A stretch of DNA of 62,672 bases from a virus (lineage: Duplodnaviria > Caudoviricetes): positions 1-62,672 of the IMG/VR virus record IMGVR_UViG_3300037991_004971. One strand, 5' to 3'. How positions within the stretch are numbered: the first letter of the stretch is position 1; each line of letters starts with the position of its first letter. This document shows, piece by piece, positions 44,100-54,600 of the stretch. Both the position numbers and the translations under genes were made by a program. The notes under the pieces were generated by a model that was not told the DNA's origin, ran no database searches, and saw nothing but the letters and a program-made list of their open reading frames with translations.

Positions 44100-45508
44100 C
44101 AGTAATTGCCAAAAGGATTTGATTCAGTGAAATCTAGAATTAGGTCCGCTTGGGACTCAAATATGTCACTATCATTATATTTATCTTCTCTATCTTCAGA
44201 ATCATATTCTTGAATAGAGTATCTAGCGCCAGAAGTCTTACCTACAATATGTTCACCTGGGAAGAATCCAGCAACAGTAGAGCCAATACCTACATTTGAA
44301 ATCTGAAGAATGTTAGTATCTTCATCCCAATTCTTAACTCTTGCTTGTGCAAAAGATCTCTCACCTTCAATAACCTCATTGAACAAGAATGTTCCAATTC
44401 CTGATAATCCTGGTGGATCTGCAATTGTTACTACTGGAGTGGAACTATATCCTCTTCCTGGATTCTTAACATATACTGCCTTGACAACATCATCAGAACC
44501 CGCTCTTCCAACAGAAGCAATACCAACTGCAGTCGTTCCTGCGCCTGGTTGACCAACTTGAATTGTAGGAACAGTAGAATATCCAACACCACCATCAGTA
44601 ACATTGATCCTCACTACACCAGTGAAAACAGTTTCAATAGAACAAGTTGCAGCAGCACCGATACCACCTCCACCAGAGATTGTCATAGTTGGAGCAACTG
44701 TGTATCCAGAACCAGCGTTTATTAGTAATATTTCTTTGAGAGATGTTATATTTCCTACTGTCGTTATAATACCAACTGCTCTAGCAGGATCATTTGCGGG
44801 AGAGTCTGTAAAAGTAATATCGGGTGCTGAAGTATAATTATATCCATCATTATTCAAGAATATTTCGTTAACATAACCAACACCAAGAGCTGCTGTTGCT
44901 GTTGCAGTTCTTCCAACTCCAACTAGTTGCAATGTACTAATATATCCTTCATCTTGTACTTGAGTATCAATTTCATGGATAGTAGTATCAATGACTTCAT
45001 CTTCATATTCAAAGAGTTCACACTTTAATTGATAAACATAATTTTTACCTAATTGATAAAATGGGTCTTCATGCTCTACAAATTTAATTTCAAATAATCT
45101 TTGTCCTAGTGGGAAATATACCAAATCACCCTCTCTAGGGCGGGTTGCAGTTGGCATAATACTATTTTCAGTTCCATCATCTAAACCTGCCATAAATGGC
45201 GCAATAAAATCTTCAAATCTTTCTTTTGAAACAGTAAGAGTTACTTCATCTCTTAAACTAATACCAAACTTAGACATGATGTCACCTTGACCACTATATC
45301 CCTCATATGTGTTGAGATATGCTTCAATAGCAAAGTTATCATCAAATTTAGAAGATTGAACTTCCTCTATGATAGTTTTCTTATTTACAAATTTTCTAGG
45401 AATATATGTTACTTCGACACCATGAATGCTTAGGTGTTCATTTATCAAATCCTGAACCAATCTCTGTTCAGATCTAGTACCCTGTAAGAAAAATGGATTG
45501 AGTGCCAT
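44099..45508 (-). CDS. gp14: Neck protein gp14
   Basis: LNPFF, G.EV.Y.PR, RPREGDL.YFP, VEHE.PFYQLG, C-terminal DFTESNPFG; central Gly-rich insertion. Confidence 0.95.
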   Translation of the reverse strand: MALNPFFLQGTRSEQRLVQDLINEHLSIHGVEVTYIPRKFVNKKTIIEEVQSSKFDDNFAIEAYLNTYEGYSGQGDIMSKFGISLRDEVTLTVSKERFEDFIAPFMAGLDDGTENSIMPTATRPREGDLVYFPLGQRLFEIKFVEHEDPFYQLGKNYVYQLKCELFEYEDEVIDTTIHEIDTQVQDEGYISTLQLVGVGRTATATAALGVGYVNEIFLNNDGYNYTSAPDITFTDSPANDPARAVGIITTVGNITSLKEILLINAGSGYTVAPTMTISGGGGIGAAATCSIETVFTGVVRINVTDGGVGYSTVPTIQVGQPGAGTTAVGIASVGRAGSDDVVKAVYVKNPGRGYSSTPVVTIADPPGLSGIGTFLFNEVIEGERSFAQARVKNWDEDTNILQISNVGIGSTVAGFFPGEHIVGKTSGARYSIQEYDSEDREDKYNDSDIFESQADLILDFTESNPFGNY

Positions 45509-45514
45509 AATTTA

Positions 45515-46363
45515 TCAACCAATAAAATCGTAGGGTGGTAATTCGTATTCGGATGCCATCTTCTGCTCTAAAGCATCCAACTCTCTTACAGCATCATCAT
45601 AAATTTCTCTACCATTTAATTCAAGACCTCCAGGTAACTTAACACCACGGAACTTGATCAAGTTGGAACCCCACTGTTTTTTAATCAATGATGTCAAATA
45701 TTTCTTGATAAATGGATCATTATATACTTGGGTAAATGCCGTTGGATCTAATGCCCTATAACAATCCAAGACAATAAAATCACCTACTTGCTGGGATCCC
45801 CAGTCAATATCCATGTACAATCTATCTTGCTTTTTGTTGAATCTAACTTGCTTATCAGTAGTCAATAAGTGATCAATATCCTCAAGATATGTCTTGACCA
45901 TTGAATACTGAAGTAATTCAACTGAATTGAAGTAATATAAGTCGTTTAAGAACAACTGATATTTGATACTAAACATTCCACCAGAGATAGAACTCGTATC
46001 AAACTTAAAAATTTTCTCAATACCAATTACAGAATCTGGTACTTGTAAAAAGTTTGAACTTTCATACCAATTATTTGTTATTGTTGTTCCAATACCTGGA
46101 ACAGAAGTCGCAGTTGCAGTAGTAGTTACAATACCTACACCATCAGTTCCTTTCGCTGCTCCTCTATCAATATCCTCTTGAGTAATCTTATACTTGAGGT
46201 ACATTCTCTCAACACCATCAAAGTGGCGTTCATTAAATAATTGGATAGCATCATCCACTAGATCATCAATTTGATCTTCATCAACATTGATTTCTAAAAC
46301 AGGAGCACCCAGCTTCCTTAAGCAATAATCAATAAGTTGTTGTCTACTCGCTGGTTTTGCCAT
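45515..46363 (-). CDS. gp13: Neck protein gp13
   Basis: YCLRKLGAPVLEINV, HFDG, QWGSNLIKF..VKLPGG..LNG. Confidence 0.97.
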   Translation of the reverse strand: MAKPASRQQLIDYCLRKLGAPVLEINVDEDQIDDLVDDAIQLFNERHFDGVERMYLKYKITQEDIDRGAAKGTDGVGIVTTTATATSVPGIGTTITNNWYESSNFLQVPDSVIGIEKIFKFDTSSISGGMFSIKYQLFLNDLYYFNSVELLQYSMVKTYLEDIDHLLTTDKQVRFNKKQDRLYMDIDWGSQQVGDFIVLDCYRALDPTAFTQVYNDPFIKKYLTSLIKKQWGSNLIKFRGVKLPGGLELNGREIYDDAVRELDALEQKMASEYELPPYDFIG

Positions 46364-46365
46364 CT

Positions 46366-46584
46366 TTATTGGGTGCTAGTTTTCTTTGTCTTTCTTAAAG
46401 ATTCAACTTCCTCTTGCAAATTGGCAATTTCTTGTTGAAGATTCATTTTTTCTTCTTCAAAATCTTGCCTTAATGTAGTCAGTTTCGCTTCATAAAGAAC
46501 ATTTTGATTTAATGCCGCCGCTAGTTTATTATTGTATAAACTAATCAGGACATTTACATCAACATCACCATTATTTTGTTGCAT
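46366..46584 (-). CDS. Coiled-coil hypothetical protein
   Basis: Heptad-rich; located between a fibre gene and gp13. Confidence 0.75.
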   Translation of the reverse strand: MQQNNGDVDVNVLISLYNNKLAAALNQNVLYEAKLTTLRQDFEEEKMNLQQEIANLQEEVESLRKTKKTSTQ

Positions 46585-46594
46585 TGTTTTAAGA

Positions 46595-48193
46595 TCAGAA
46601 AGTTCCGCCGTCTAGAGTTGAAGTCCAATGAGGCTTATTAGTATATATCACAGAAATTGTAGAGGGGATCACGCCAAGATCTGCAATGGCACCATTATCA
46701 CCTTCTTTTCTGATGTTGTAGGTATTAGTAAATGTACCTTCAACACCGATTAGAGGAATAACGGTTCCAGAAACAGGAGATTCGACAACACCATAAGCAC
46801 CGCTAGTATCCTGTCTTACAATATCACCAGTGGTTAGAGTGACAGAACTAGGTAGTGAGAGAGTATTTTTAGTAATAGCAGTTAGAACCTGCTTGGAAGA
46901 GATTACTGGAGCTGCTGGATTATTGGTAGAAGTCTGTAAACCTTGCTCATCAAAATAAACAGCACCATGAGGTTCGTAATCAGCAGTCTGATAGTAGATA
47001 CCTTTGATATCTAAGAAACCTCTGGTTCCAGTTATAGTACTACTTGCTACACTTCCATCGGGAACATAGGTCCAAGAACCTGCAGGAGCGTTGCTAGCGT
47101 TATTAGAGTCAGTATCTACATAACCAAAGAAACCAGTCTTCTGATTGTCAGTACCAATGCCAACATTATAGTTGAATGCAATACCACGATCAGTATTGGT
47201 GTCGTAGGCGTGAGTAATAGTTAAGGTTGATGTGGTGACAATACCTGCGGTGGTTTGTCCCTCAACAGTAATAATCTTACTACCAACATCCATGCTGGTA
47301 ACAGTGGTTAATCCTGAATTTGGTAGAGCAGAATTACCACTAACAATATCACCAGTATTAATACCAACTACAGAATCAACAGTAATTGTGCTAACACCAG
47401 AAGCAACCGCTGCCATGACGGTTCTTTCACTGGTAACATCACCAATCGTGAAGATGGGATCATTTACCGTAACATTCGTTGAGTTGACTGAGGTCGTAGT
47501 ACCGTCAACTTGAAGGTTACCTTTAATAATTACATCACCCTGATTGCTTAGACCATCGGGGAATGGGTCAATGAATAACTTATTTCCACTACCACTAACA
47601 GATGAAATGATATTATCTTCAATCTTAATTTTGCCAAAGATTGATTCAGTAGATACGTTCAACGGAGTGTTGAACATTACCTGAGCGCCAGAGAAGATTA
47701 ACCTATTGGTATCATTCTCATCATACTCAATTTTAGCATCTTTATCATCACCAAAGGTTAGAAAAGTATCGTCGGGAATGAGAACTTCCCCAGATCCAGC
47801 TGGATCTAAGATGATATCACCATCGGTATCAGTTGATGAAATGGTATTAGAATCTAATCTTAGATTATCTACATTCCACTGATCAATCTTGAGCGATTGC
47901 TGTCCCAGAGCAGTATTGTCAGCTGGTGCTAGAACTGCAACAACACCATTATCGGAATTTCTGTTGTTTTGTACACCAGCAATTACACCTGGTGTGTGCT
48001 CCATCATGGAGGTATAGTAGTGTCCGCCTACAGGGAACACATTACTACCATCGTCTCCGATGAAAACTCTATCTTTATACTGGTTTAGACCACCGTAACT
48101 GCCAATGCCAGTTACATAACCCATTTCACCCCAGTTTAGACTGGCGGGTTTGTTAGTACCAGAGGATCTTTTAATCCTGATAATACTTGCCAT
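46595..48193 (-). CDS. Virion fibre / structural protein
   Basis: N-terminal IRIKRS...L..GE, G.L.V.GTTT.VNST, DRGI.FNY; C-terminal LDGGTF. Confidence 0.8.
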   Translation of the reverse strand: MASIIRIKRSSGTNKPASLNWGEMGYVTGIGSYGGLNQYKDRVFIGDDGSNVFPVGGHYYTSMMEHTPGVIAGVQNNRNSDNGVVAVLAPADNTALGQQSLKIDQWNVDNLRLDSNTISSTDTDGDIILDPAGSGEVLIPDDTFLTFGDDKDAKIEYDENDTNRLIFSGAQVMFNTPLNVSTESIFGKIKIEDNIISSVSGSGNKLFIDPFPDGLSNQGDVIIKGNLQVDGTTTSVNSTNVTVNDPIFTIGDVTSERTVMAAVASGVSTITVDSVVGINTGDIVSGNSALPNSGLTTVTSMDVGSKIITVEGQTTAGIVTTSTLTITHAYDTNTDRGIAFNYNVGIGTDNQKTGFFGYVDTDSNNASNAPAGSWTYVPDGSVASSTITGTRGFLDIKGIYYQTADYEPHGAVYFDEQGLQTSTNNPAAPVISSKQVLTAITKNTLSLPSSVTLTTGDIVRQDTSGAYGVVESPVSGTVIPLIGVEGTFTNTYNIRKEGDNGAIADLGVIPSTISVIYTNKPHWTSTLDGGTF

Positions 48194-48194
48194 T

Positions 48195-48422
48195 TCAGAA
48201 ATTTCCTCCGTTAATGTCTAAATTCTGTGTCGCGCCAGGCGTGAGGGTAAGTGTCGCATCCCATTTTTGGGTTGCCGCATTGTAAACTAAAACCATCCCA
48301 TTGAGCAAATTCGATGCATTAACATCGCTTAATTCGGCTAAGGACAAACCTTGAGCACCAGCAAGCGATGAAATAACTTTTACTGCGTTTTGTTGCCCAA
48401 CTCTGACCTTAATATCTGCCAT
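48195..48422 (-). CDS. Small virion structural protein
   Basis: L.ELSDV...NGMVLVYN....KW fibre-type motif; C-terminal INGGNF. Confidence 0.75.
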   Translation of the reverse strand: MADIKVRVGQQNAVKVISSLAGAQGLSLAELSDVNASNLLNGMVLVYNAATQKWDATLTLTPGATQNLDINGGNF

Positions 48423-48455
48423 TTATAAAAAGCAATTCAAGAATCTATCTATTAT

Positions 48456-48656
48456 TTATAGTTTGTGATTAACCAACTGTTGAAGTAAAGATTTAATCTC
48501 ATCGATATCTTTCCTCATTTCATCTAGTTCGGCTCTTTCGTCCAATTTTTTGTTCCTTCTGGATACATATGCTGAGTATCCAGAAGTATTGGTATCTAAA
48601 ATAGCACCTGTTTTTGGATCTCGAAACAGGTCTTTGTGTCCATTAACTGGTATCAT
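48456..48656 (-). CDS. Conserved hypothetical protein following the VrlC-like gene
   Basis: V.GH.DL.RD..TGAI...EIKSLL. Confidence 0.8.
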   Translation of the reverse strand: MIPVNGHKDLFRDPKTGAILDTNTSGYSAYVSRRNKKLDERAELDEMRKDIDEIKSLLQQLVNHKL

Positions 48657-51600
48657 GCTAGTGAAATCGCTCTAAAGTCCTTAAGTCTAACGGGAACACA
48701 TTCATTAGTAGATGACATTACAACTTTGATAGTAAATCCATCAAATGGTTCTAAATTATCTACAGTGAATTGATATTCTGAGAAATCATCTGCACCATTC
48801 TTACTAACAAGAGCATCTGCAGATCCATCGTTCATTGCGGGATCAATGATCTGATCACCAAATCCGTCACCATCAGTATCTAGTAGATTCTTATGACCTG
48901 GGAATAATCTATAAGTTGAAGAAACTTCACTAGAACTTGAGGAGAACAATCTGTAATAAACTCTAAAGTCAGCTTCAGATTGTACATTTGCACCAAGTAA
49001 AACTTTGAGTGAAGTTGCTGGTTGACTTAGATTTACCTGATTTGTGACAAAGATAGATCCGTGGGGATCATTATCAATTCTGGTAGATCTAGTATCAGTA
49101 ACATAATTATCAACAGGTGCATTAATTTTACTTCTACCCATAACAAAAGTTGCATTCTTAACATCAAGAACAGGTGAGAGATTCTTATCAGTAGAAGTCA
49201 TGTCAACTTTCAATGCAAGTGACTTGTTCTTAGGCATACCATCAAGGCGCTGTGCCTCATTATCAACAGATGCAACCATTCTTGGAGTTGGGAAGAAGGT
49301 CGTTTCATTTAGAATAGTTGGTTCAAATCCTTGATCTTGGAAAGAAATTTCATTTCCACCAGCACTTGTTCCACTAATAGTTCTGATTGAAGCAGATGCA
49401 AATGTACCAGAACCTGGTGTGATGACATTAAATTGTGGAGATAAAGATCTAAACTGATGATTTTGTGAAATGTGTGCCTCATTTCCACCTACTGCTTTTT
49501 CGCTTTGGAAGCAAAGTAAGGCAGGATTATCAGCAACATTATCAGATCTTGGACCAGTTCCTCTATCAATCTCAATAAAGTAATTATCAATATTTGATTC
49601 ATTTCTTAGAGTAGTATTAACTGGCAACTCAGTTACAGTGTTAATACCTGCCAAGGGGAAACCATTTAATTGATAAGATTGAATATTTGCTCCAGTGGAG
49701 TGAGAAGAAGCGGATGTTCCTTCTAGTCCTCTGCCAGAGATGGAAAGTGTACCAGAACCAACAATATAAGAAACAACTTCACTTCCAATTAGTGCTTCTC
49801 CGCGATCAGTACTAACACCTGCAAAATTTACAAATGGTGAAGTACTCGCCACAGATACAGTAGTTCCACTAACGGCGAGATCACCAGTAATTTGAGTTGC
49901 TACAGAATCTGGTTTAATGTTATTGATTCTAACCAAGTTATTTGGTGCATGGTGTGCATGATTTGGTTGAATAATTTCAATTACATTACCAGTGTAGAGA
50001 TCACCTAGAACTTCAGAATCAGTAATGTCAACAGTTGCAGCACCACTTGCTGTCTGTCTTATATCATTATTTACTCCATAATGAATAATTGGTTGTCCTG
50101 CCTTAAATGTAGCACCTTGAACATCTGTCAAGTAGATAGTATCCAAAGTACTTGAAATACTATTCACAGCAAATTTGGCACCAGCACCTCTTTTTAAGAT
50201 ATTAGTTGAATTGTCAATAATGATTTCATCACCAACTACATATCTACTACCAGTAGTAATAGATCCGATATTAATAATTTTACCTGAAGCATCTCTTGTG
50301 AGAGTTGCGGTTGCTCCAGATCCATCACCATTACTTGATTTTAGAGGAACAGCAGTAGCAACAAAGTTTCCACCAGAAGCAGTTTCATTTGCAAATTGAT
50401 ATCCAGTACCACCAGATACAATCTTAGGTTGTTCATTAGTATCAATAGATCCTGCAACCTGTTCTACAATACCAGTTACACTTCCATCTTCAGGATCATC
50501 TGGGTGTCCAGTACTGACTTTTCTTCCAACAGGTGCATCACTAATAGAAAGGTTAGAAACCTTAACTTTTAGTTTTCTGGGAAGAGTTCTAATTGGATTA
50601 TCAGCAAGTCTTTGGACATTCTCACTGCCACCTTCAACTGGGCTGTTATAGAATGTTACAGTACCACTCCTCTCAAACTCTGCTTGATATAGTTGGAATG
50701 TTAAATCTTGGTACTGGCTAGCAGTCCAGATCGTACCATTTTGTGATTTAAATAGTGAACCACCAGTATACTGCTTAGTATGGAGGACAGCCTCAGCATC
50801 AGGTAGATTTTTAGTTAGAACAGTTTTCTCACCCATTGTGGAACACCACATCTCATATAAATCGGATGCTGGGCATAAGAATACAACTGCATATTCCTTT
50901 CCACCTTCTAAGAAGATTGGTGATGGGAATTTAACATTTGTTGCAACAGAAGCATCTTCAGAGGTTACAATATCATCGGGATTTAAGAAAGTTTGTGCAT
51001 AATCCTGTACTAGGAAGTTAGTTGGAGTTCCTAGTTCAACATCTCTAATTTCAACAAAGACCTTTTGACTAGGATCTTTAGTTCCAAAGTAGACATCAAT
51101 TGATGTCAGGAACATACCAGTTTCACCAACTCTAAAAGATTGTGCTAAAGGATCTCTATAAGGTGCTTCAATTCTTTCAGTCTTAGATTCAACATTTACT
51201 GAAACACTAGTAGTAACTTCATTTGGTCTTGCAGCTGGTGGGGGTGGATTTCTAACTCCAACAGTGCTGGTTTCTTGTTCTAGAATAGTACCTGTTGCAG
51301 TGTAAGTAGCAGTTGCATCGGAAGCAAGTGCAGTACTACCAGGAAGAACTTTAGTTCCTGCAGGTGCTGCAGTTACTTTGAAAGTCTTAGTACCAGCATA
51401 GAATAGAACTGGTGGTTGTGGATTTTGATTAGCATCTCTCAAGAAGAAAGTACCTAAGATATCTCCCCAGTTATCTGATATTAGATCAACATTAGAAACC
51501 GTTGCACAAGCACCACTTTGCTCACCAACAATCTTTGCACCCTTGACTACATAACCAGAGTAAGATTCATCATTTGCTAGAGCAATAATATCAATATTCA

Positions 51601-54600
51601 ACAACTTAGAAGTAGATGAATAGTTAAATGAAGGTGCTGGTCTATCTCTATCAAAGGGATCTACTTGATACTTTTCAGCACTACCATTTGCTTGTCCAAT
51701 AGGAACTGCTTCTGGACTAGTATCATGATACTTATGAGCAGGTGCTTGTAGTTTTGCTCTAGCGATTCTTCTACCTGTGGTTGCATCAAGAACTTGAATT
51801 GGTTCTCTATTACTAAAAGTACCAGAAACCATATTGATTTCAATCAATTTGGGGAAGAGATCGGGGATACCACTATCAAGATAAGCATAGTGCTTAGTTG
51901 CTGCTTTTAGACCATTTGCACTAAAGGCAACATTTCTAGAACGCATGAATGGATCAGTCTGACCACTTATCTTAACACTTTCTACATAATCAAATTCTCT
52001 GGTAGGTCCTTTAAGATTACTAGTGAATTCAGTTTCTACTCTTCTGGTAGTTGTAGTCGTTTTGGTTCTGGTTATGTCAGTATGATTTCCTCTAAAGACA
52101 TCTTGATCAGCGATAACTTCTCTTTCAGATCTGTCTCTATCAACATCAACATTAGTCGTATCAGAAATAACATTAGAGCGTTCAACCCATTTTGCACCAC
52201 TAGATTCTATTCTATAATCATTATGATAAATGGTTCTTACCCAGTTATCAGTTGGTGGATCTAGAACAACACTACCAGCAAAAACAAGAACATTGAATGG
52301 GTTAATATTTTCTACCCTAGTTGCTTGTAAGTTCTTGAGCTCACTCTTAACTTCTTTATACTTAAGAGTAATCAAGTCACCAGTTTTTTGGCAATTTGCA
52401 TCAAGTAGTTTTAGGTTTGCATTAGTATCTGCAGTTTCAGTATCAATTGAAGGATCAAATGCTAAATCTGCCTTGATTGACCAAAAATCAACAGCACTAA
52501 TTAACTCTTTGTTGACTACATCGACATCACATCTAGATCCTTCTGCTTGGTTGAAATCAATGAACTTCCTATCTTTGAAATCATTGGCAACAAATCCAGT
52601 TTTGAATCTATCTAATCCATCTGCATCAGTAATTTGCAGTGATTTAGTATCTAATTCGAGAGAAGATAGTGAAGTAAATGTTTCTAGATTGTCAATTCTT
52701 TTTTCAAGTTTTCCAATATCGCGCATTGTATAGCGGCGATTGTCATATAATCTAATATTTGGATCAAATACTGGATCATAAAGATATGGTGGAAGAGTGA
52801 TTTCAGCAACCTCCATGCTATCACCAATCTCAGTTGGAGGAGCAGGATTTTCTGCAGAAACACCTTTGATTAGTTTTGCTTGTTCAAACTTATTGATAAC
52901 AAGTTTATCGATTCTAGGTAGATAGAAACTTAGACCTAAGACTGAAGATTCTCCTGGGGCAACAACATATCTACTATCGGATTCAAATGTTCTTGAATCG
53001 AAGTGGAATGGTGATTTATCTACACCAGGAGCACCAGGAACATATTCCTTCACTCTTGGGCGGAAATCAATAATATCAGACGCTCTTGAACCACCTACTC
53101 TTGGAATATCTTTCGTGTATCTTTCCTTAGTATATGAATTGACAGTGAATACATCTCCAGTGGTTGTACTCTGAGTTACATAGTGGTCAAAAATAACTAG
53201 AAGTCTATTTGATGGGACCGCAGAACCTTCTTTTCTAATGATTCTGGAATAATCACAATATTGTTTTCTGTGACCCTTATCCAAATCATAGTTATTTGTT
53301 CTATCAGTAAAATTACCTGTGGTAATATTCTGCAGATTTGCTTTAATATTGGATTCTTTAAATTCAACAGATTCTCCCTTTTCAAATCTGTTTGCATTTA
53401 AATAAACAAATTCAATTTCAGTGCCACCAGATAGTCTATTGACAATCTGTCCAATTGCTCTACTATTTTTACCTACAATTTTCTCACCAACAACTGAATT
53501 TACATCTAGTGATAATCCAGAAACAAAAGTTAAACGATCTAGTGTGACTGCACCATTGTCTTTAGATTCATAAATTGCACGAACTTTAACAACATCTGGT
53601 ACATTGAGTGAAATCTCTTTATCTTCAATTCTCAAACCATAATACTTACTAGTAGATAGACCAGAGTTTGTAGAGACACCAACAGTTCTAGTTACATCTA
53701 CTTTTACACTTCTAGCATAATCTTTTGATCTGGATTTGAGACCAACTTTCTTTAGAGTGCAGTTAACAGTACAAGATTTGTTTATACCATCAAGTCCAGT
53801 GAATGCAATATCGTTACCACCATTGGTGATAATAACTTTATCTGCAGTTAGTGGTTCAATTGTACCATCAGTATAGTGAATTGAATATCTTTCAGCGTCA
53901 AATGGTTCAAAGAAAGCACTAGTAACTCCAACTTGAGCATCTAGTAATTCTTCAGTCCTAAAAGATAAAGTACCAGTAGCAGAAACAGTTTTATCTGTTA
54001 GTTGTTTGTTGATAACTAAATTGGAATTGGATAGATCAACAGATGCTACATTAGTTTTTGGTAGTAAGCTGTATAGACCAGAATTATTATAATTAATAAT
54101 CTTGGGTACTTTTACTCTAAAGATACCAGATAGTTCAGCACCTGTAGATGGGAGATCACCAAGGTTGACATCCTGAACTCCAGGTACATCAACTACAGAT
54201 AGAGTAACACCATCTTCAGAAATACCAGAAACTCTATGGAAAGTTTCTAATGAAGTGCCACCAGCTTTATCAGTATATCCAATAATTGAATCAGTAGTTA
54301 AACCAACACTAGCGCCAGAAAATCTTCTACGAGGTGAAGTAGCAGTAGTATTTCCTCCATTATTGGTGACATTAATGATGTCAGTTAGTGAGAAGTTTGG
54401 TAGAACTCTGTCATGCAGAACAGAGTCTGCACTAAATGCATTCAAACTTGAATTAAGTGAATTAGAATTCTGATAAACAGATTTGATTGAAGATACATCA
54501 TATACACGAACTGATATTACAGATGCTTTTTCGGATTTTTCCTCTTCGTTAAAGATTAGTCGTTCACCTTGAATGAAAGTTCCAGTAGTCTGGGTAATAT

